Shown here: positions 59,847-64,000 of the stretch, piece by piece
Position numbering within the stretch: position 1 is the first letter of the stretch
Layout of the letters: every line of letters starts with the position of its first letter
Origin: Candidatus Aldehydirespirator sp.
GTDB lineage: Bacteria > Actinomycetota > Acidimicrobiia > Acidimicrobiales > Aldehydirespiratoraceae
Length of the DNA: 64,000 bases
Direction: 5' to 3'
Assembly (NCBI GenBank): GCA_965248735.1
Contig: OZ252146.1
Location: 4,120,756-4,184,755, forward strand
Position numbers and translations under genes: made by a program
The notes under the pieces: model-generated
The model's input: only the letters and a program-made list of their open reading frames with translations
Told to the model about the DNA's origin: nothing
The model's database searches: none

Positions 59847-59916
59847 GTTGTGCTTCGCCTTTCGTGTTTCGCCTCTTGTGCTTCGCCTTGTCGTGTTGCG
59901 CCTCTTGTGTTTCGGC
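59846..59916. repeat. Five imperfect 14-15 bp tandem repeats in a strand-biased spacer
   Basis: Minus-strand units GCCGAAACACAAGA, GGCGCAACACGACAA, GGCGAAGCACAAGA, GGCGAAACACGAAA, GGCGAAGCACAACA. Confidence 0.8.
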
Positions 59917-60023
59917 GTCTTATGGTTTGACGTTCTCGTCTGGGCTTCTGGTATTGGCGTCTTGTGTGTTTCGGCTTGGGTTGCTGGTGTTGGTTGTTGC
60001 CTCCCTGTAGTCGGCTATCGATC

Positions 60024-60455
60024 TCAGCGGCGAACGATCGGCCGGTAGTCGGGGTGCTGTCGGCACCATTGGTCGAGCCGGTCCTGTGCTTGCTGGACGT
60101 GGGGCGGATACCAGCGGTTGCCTAGTTCGGTCTTGTCGCCGCCTATGAGCACCACCACGGCTTCGAGACCCGTGTCGTCGATCACGAAGCCGAAGAGGAT
60201 GCGCAGCACTGGGGCAGTGTCGGCGTAGGGCGTGGTCGCCGTCGGTGGCGTACGCCGCAGCGCGTGGATGTCGTAACGCGCAGTGACCACTTCGTGGCAC
60301 TCCGGGTCGCCGAGGCCGCGACCATGAGACTCAAGAGCCCTCAAGAGAGCCGCGATTTCCGCTCGAACCTCCCACCAATCGACCGTGTCGCCCGCCTCGC
60401 CATCAGCAAGTGACCTCAGCCACCTGTCGAAGAGAGGATGGAAGAACAGTTCCAC
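60024..60455 (-). CDS. RelE/ParE-like toxin (atypical, longer)
   Basis: FDRWL...VLRILFGF...VLIGGDK...RWY motif; upstream of the XRE gene. Confidence 0.7.
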   Translation of the reverse strand: MELFFHPLFDRWLRSLADGEAGDTVDWWEVRAEIAALLRALESHGRGLGDPECHEVVTARYDIHALRRTPPTATTPYADTAPVLRILFGFVIDDTGLEAVVVLIGGDKTELGNRWYPPHVQQAQDRLDQWCRQHPDYRPIVRR

Positions 60456-60503
60456 AACATGCAGTCTAGCACATATTCAGCTCTTCACGATCGAATCGTC
60501 GCC

Positions 60504-60847
60504 CTACTCCGTCGCCTTCGGGTGGCCTGTGTGCGCTTCGGTCACCCAAACAGTCTTGGTGACGTCATCTATGCAGTACCAGATCCGTCCGCCTGCCGTG
60601 ATCTCGTACTGCCACTGCTCCATCTCCACCCCGTTCAGCGAGCGCCGTCCTAGCGAGCCCTTCAACGGATGCTGGCGGTCCCCACGCCGACGCCGGTCGC
60701 TCGTGATCACTTCCCATGCGGTCCGAGCGTTGCCCCGTGAGGTGGCGCAGAGCTGCTCCCATCCCGGGCCGCGTCGTTGGTCGCGAAGCGGAAGTCCCAG
60801 CCTTCGGCTGACGGCGGCGGAGCAACCCGCTCCCGTCGCTTGGGCAC
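60504..60847 (-). pseudogene. RelE-like toxin with a -1 frameshift
   Basis: VPKRRERVAPPP...FATNDAAR in one frame and GWEQLC...QWQYEITAGGRIWYCID in another; a G is missing in CGGG at 60763-60766; span 344 nt = 3n+2. Confidence 0.75.
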
Positions 60848-60866
60848 GGTCCTCAGCCGGGCGGGG
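60804..60866. repeat. Repeat R2 copy b
   Basis: Matches 59311-59373. Confidence 0.85.
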
Positions 60867-61308
60867 CCGGGACCGGATCGCCGGCTGCCTCCAACGGTTC
60901 GACGAGGCGACGCGCGAGCCCGGGATCTGCATGTATCTCGGCGGTGGCCTTCCACTCCCGCACCAGTTGAGCGACCGGCTCGTAGTTGTCCATCGAGACC
61001 GCCCCAAGCAGCGTCGGGATGAGCTCCTCGGCGAACAGATCCCGATCCTGTTCGGGCAGGAACTCCACCCACGCGAACGCATCTCCCAGCGCCGCGCCCA
61101 GCGCCACGGGACTGTGGGCCGCGACGTTGCGCAGCAGCCGCGCGCAAGCCTCGAAGGCTTCCGAGCGGCTCTCGTGGCGATCCGCCCGGCTCAACCGCAG
61201 CGCGGGCGCGTTGCGCCGCCGTAGCAGCACATCACACCCAGTCAACTCGACCACCACCTCGTTCGGCCGGCGCAAGAACTCGGAGAACGGGCGCTCGATC
61301 AATTCCAT
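60853..61308 (-). CDS. Phd/YefM-like actinobacterial antitoxin
   Basis: PFSEFLRRPNEVV...VLLRRRNAP N-terminus; WVEFLP...EWKATAEIHADP C-terminal domain; directly upstream of the toxin. Confidence 0.75.
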   Translation of the reverse strand: MELIERPFSEFLRRPNEVVVELTGCDVLLRRRNAPALRLSRADRHESRSEAFEACARLLRNVAAHSPVALGAALGDAFAWVEFLPEQDRDLFAEELIPTLLGAVSMDNYEPVAQLVREWKATAEIHADPGLARRLVEPLEAAGDPVPAPPG

Positions 61309-61314
61309 ACACGA

Positions 61315-61342
61315 AAAATAGCTGCGTTACTTCAGAAGTCAA
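61315..61342 (-). promoter_or_regulatory. Sigma-70-type promoter, leaderless-type
   Basis: TTGACT (61342-61337), N16, TATTTT (61320-61315), N6, ATG 61308. Confidence 0.6.
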
Positions 61343-61348
61343 TCCCTC

Positions 61349-61428
61349 TGCTGCCACCCGTGAGGGTGCACCTCGCCAAGCGAGGCCTCGTCTGCGGGTA
61401 GCTGTCGGGGGTGTGGCGCTTCCTGCCT
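61349..61428. repeat. Repeat R1 copy b
   Basis: Matches 59766-59846. Confidence 0.85.
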
Positions 61429-61487
61429 ACACTCGGCCTCACTCCGCTGAGGTTTCCGCCCGTGGGCGATAGAGGAGGAGCAGCGAT

Positions 61488-61766
61488 ATGGAGCGCAAGG
61501 GTCAGGTAGCCAGGCCCGACGGCAAGCTCGTCGGCCTGTGGGCCAAGATCGCCGTCTCGCACGCGACGGTCCGCAGCATCAACGACCCGGTCGGGGCCGT
61601 CGCCACCGTCGCCGGCATCGACGGGGCGTGGGGTTTCGGCACTTCCACCGAGCAGGCCCTGCAGGACTTGGAGTCGGTGCTCATTGATTGGGCCACCCTG
61701 AAGCTCGAGGACGGCGACGACGACATCCCCAGCATGGAAGGCGTGCATCTCGCCGTACACAGATGA
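61488..61766 (+). CDS. hicB: HicB-family antitoxin (short form)
   Basis: VAGIDGAWGFGTSTEQALQDLESVLIDW...DDIP; GAGGAGGAG RBS. Confidence 0.8.
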   Translation: MERKGQVARPDGKLVGLWAKIAVSHATVRSINDPVGAVATVAGIDGAWGFGTSTEQALQDLESVLIDWATLKLEDGDDDIPSMEGVHLAVHR

Positions 61767-61993
61767 ACCGCAGGCTCGCACCGGTCACGCGGGACGACCT
61801 TGTCAAGCGGTTCAGGAGGCTTGGCTGGGACGGCCCAAGACACGGCGCGAGGCACAGTTTCATGGAGAAGGGGACACGGAAGATCCGCATCCCGAACCCC
61901 CATCAGCGCAAGGACATCGGAGTGGGGCTGCTCGCCACGATCCTAGAGCAGGCCGGGGTGTCCCGCGATGAGTGGCTCGATGCCTCCAGATAA
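61763..61993 (+). CDS. hicA: HicA-family toxin
   Basis: ATGA overlap with hicB; GARHSFM...IPNPH..DIGVGLLATILEQAG. Confidence 0.88.
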   Translation: MNRRLAPVTRDDLVKRFRRLGWDGPRHGARHSFMEKGTRKIRIPNPHQRKDIGVGLLATILEQAGVSRDEWLDASR

Positions 61994-62169
61994 TGACGTG
62001 TGCTGGGACGGTGGCATGCTGGCAGTGTCGCTGTAGGGGCAACGGACGACCTCGGCTCGGTTGCGGGAAGAGAACCGGGCGACAGCCTCCTGCCTCGGCG
62101 CGGATCATGGCTTGGGAGGCGTGGCTTTAGGATGGGTTGGACATTGGGGCCGTAGAGGAGGGTGGCGGC

Positions 62170-64000
62170 GTGAGTTCTGTCACCGAGGCGGCGTTCGAGG
62201 CGCATATTTCTGGCTGGCTGGTCGAGCACGGCGGGTATCAGCGCGTGAAGATCGGCAATGTCGGGGACGGGCCGCGGGACTTCGACGCTAAGGCGGGCGT
62301 CGACACGGCCGACCTGTTCGAGTTCATCGGTGCGACTCAGGGGCCCGAGTGGGAGCGACTCGTGGACTCGGCCTATGGCGGCGATCCGAACCGGGCGCAG
62401 TCCGGGTTCGTGCAGCGGCTGGCTGCGGAGCTGGACAGGCGGGGCACGGTGGATGTGCTGCGCCACGGTGTCGTCGACCGCAACATCACGATCCGGCTGG
62501 CGTTCTTCAAGCCCGCCCATGGGCTGACGCCCGAGCTTGCCGCCCGCTACGAGGCCAACGTGCTGTCGGTGACCCGGCAGCTGCCCTTCGATCCGTCCGG
62601 CGGCCGGACTGTCGATCTAGGACTGTTCGTGAACGGGGTGCCGGTGGCGACCGCCGAACTGAAGAACCCGCTGACGGGCCAGAGCGTCGAGAACGCCGTC
62701 GCCCAGTACCGAGCCGACCGTCCGCACAACAACCGGACTCTGGGCCGGGTGGGCATGGTGCACTTCGCTGTCGATCCGTCCTCGGTGATGATGACCACTC
62801 GCCTGGCCGGTGCCCGCACCCGGTTCCTGCCGTTCAACCGGGGCTGCGATCTCGGTGCGGGCAACCCCCCGAATCCTGACGGGCATCGCACGGCGTACTT
62901 GTGGGAGCAGGTGTGGAGCCGCGACGCCTGGATGGACATCCTCGGACGCTTCGTTCATGTGGAGAAGCCGTCGAAGGGATCGCGGGCCCGCCCAGAAGTG
63001 ATCTTCCCAAGGTTCCACCAATGGGACGCCGTGCGGCGCCTGGAGGCCGACGCCAAAGAGCGCGGAGCGGGCCGCAGCTACCTGGTGCAGCACTCCGCGG
63101 GGTCGGGCAAGTCGAACTCGATCGCCTGGCTGGCGCACCGGCTGTCGTCGCTGCACTCCGCCGACGACGCCAAGGTGTTCGACAAGGTGGTGGTCATCAC
63201 CGATCGGGTCGTGCTCGACCGACAGCTTCAGGACACCATCAGCCAGTTCGAGCACGCCGTCGGGGTGGTGCAGCGCATCGACGAGTCCTCCGCTCAGCTC
63301 GCTGAGGCGCTGACCGGAGAGCAGGCCCGCATCATCGTGACCACGCTGCAGAAGTTCCCGTTCATCTTCGACAAGATCGGGTCGCTGCCGGAGCGCGACT
63401 ACGCGGTGATCGTCGACGAGGCCCACTCTTCACAGACCGGCGACGCGGCCAAGGAGCTGCGCCGCGCCTTGGGTTCGGCCGAACCCGAGGTTGAGGCCGA
63501 CGGCGATGTGGAGCCGACCGACGCCGAGACGCTGCTGGCCGAGGCGGTGGCCGCCCGAGGACGGCAGCCCAACCTGTCGTTCTTCGCGTTCACCGCCACC
63601 CCCAAGGGCCGAACCCTGGAACTGTTCGGCGAACTCGGCGCCGGCGGCCGCCACGAGCCGTTCCATCTGTATCCGATGCGCCAGGCCATCGAGGAGGGCT
63701 TCATCTGCGATGTGCTGGCCGGCTACGTCACCTACAGCCGGTACTACCACCTGGAGAAGGCGATCCTCGACGACCCCTCCTATGACACCGGCAAGGCCCG
63801 CAGCGCGCTGGCCCGATTCGTGACCCTGCACCCCGACAACCTGGCCCAGAAGGCCGAGATCATCGTCGAGCACTTCCGCACCAAGATCGCCCGACAGGTC
63901 GCCGGGCGGGCCAAGGCGATGGTGGTGTGCTCGTCACGACCCCACGCGGTGCGCATGTGGCGGGCGCTGCGGAGCTACGCCGCCGACCTGGGCTACGACC
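62170..64000 (+). CDS. hsdR: Type I restriction endonuclease subunit R (runs off window)
   Basis: Manual translation from GTG 62170: VDLGLFVNG...ELKNP nuclease, HSAGSGKS, ITDR, IVDEAHSSQ, FTATPK; AGAGGAGG RBS; not in the ORF track. Confidence 0.95.
   Translation, partial: MSSVTEAAFEAHISGWLVEHGGYQRVKIGNVGDGPRDFDAKAGVDTADLFEFIGATQGPEWERLVDSAYGGDPNRAQSGFVQRLAAELDRRGTVDVLRHGVVDRNITIRLAFFKPAHGLTPELAARYEANVLSVTRQLPFDPSGGRTVDLGLFVNGVPVATAELKNPLTGQSVENAVAQYRADRPHNNRTLGRVGMVHFAVDPSSVMMTTRLAGARTRFLPFNRGCDLGAGNPPNPDGHRTAYLWEQVWSRDAWMDILGRFVHVEKPSKGSRARPEVIFPRFHQWDAVRRLEADAKERGAGRSYLVQHSAGSGKSNSIAWLAHRLSSLHSADDAKVFDKVVVITDRVVLDRQLQDTISQFEHAVGVVQRIDESSAQLAEALTGEQARIIVTTLQKFPFIFDKIGSLPERDYAVIVDEAHSSQTGDAAKELRRALGSAEPEVEADGDVEPTDAETLLAEAVAARGRQPNLSFFAFTATPKGRTLELFGELGAGGRHEPFHLYPMRQAIEEGFICDVLAGYVTYSRYYHLEKAILDDPSYDTGKARSALARFVTLHPDNLAQKAEIIVEHFRTKIARQVAGRAKAMVVCSSRPHAVRMWRALRSYAADLGYD
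62183..62208 (+). repeat. Right 26-bp direct repeat (hsdR 5' coding region)
   Basis: CCGAGGCGGCGTTCGAGGCGCATATT. Confidence 0.8.

Larger units (their letters stand above)
49908..62208. mobile_element. Defence/TA island inserted in the 5' end of hsdR (no integrase seen)
   Basis: 26-bp direct repeats at both ends; cargo of nuclease-STAND, OLD-like, ImmA/IrrE and TA genes. Confidence 0.65.

Noticed and set aside
59311-61428. CRISPR array or integron attC cassettes
   Set aside because: No regular repeat-spacer period, no cas or intI gene, and no RYYYAAC...GTTRRRY ends recognised.

Overview
High-GC actinobacterial DNA. whiB, leaderless-type promoters, actinobacterial mdh and an LRR-SLH surface protein suggest Acidimicrobiia, possibly host-associated (inference). 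1-46.4 kb is mostly core and catabolic genes: mdh, icd, an orphan mutA, an ABC exporter pair and beta-oxidation enzymes. This part also holds an AT-rich AlbA_2/HATPase cassette, an IS1182 element with a CTAG target and an internal VNTR, and several genes broken by internal deletions (MmgE/PrpD, GcvT-family, a shattered protocatechuate 4,5-cleavage lig cluster). It also has a BCP peroxiredoxin with an in-frame TGA at the catalytic Cys plus a SECIS-like hairpin (probable selenoprotein, missed by the ORF track) and a small protein + retropepsin-like protease pair. 46.6-64 kb is a defence region. The type I R-M operon (hsdM-hsdS ... hsdR) is split by a ~12.3 kb block bounded by a 26-bp direct repeat of the hsdR 5' end. 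The block carries a 1346-aa nuclease-STAND NTPase, an OLD-like ABC-ATPase/TOPRIM protein, a membrane protein, an XRE-ImmA/IrrE protein and four type II toxin-antitoxin pairs interleaved with repeated 63-bp and 80-bp segments. No rRNA, tRNA, CRISPR array or integrase was recognised. All family calls come from motif recognition by eye, not database searches.
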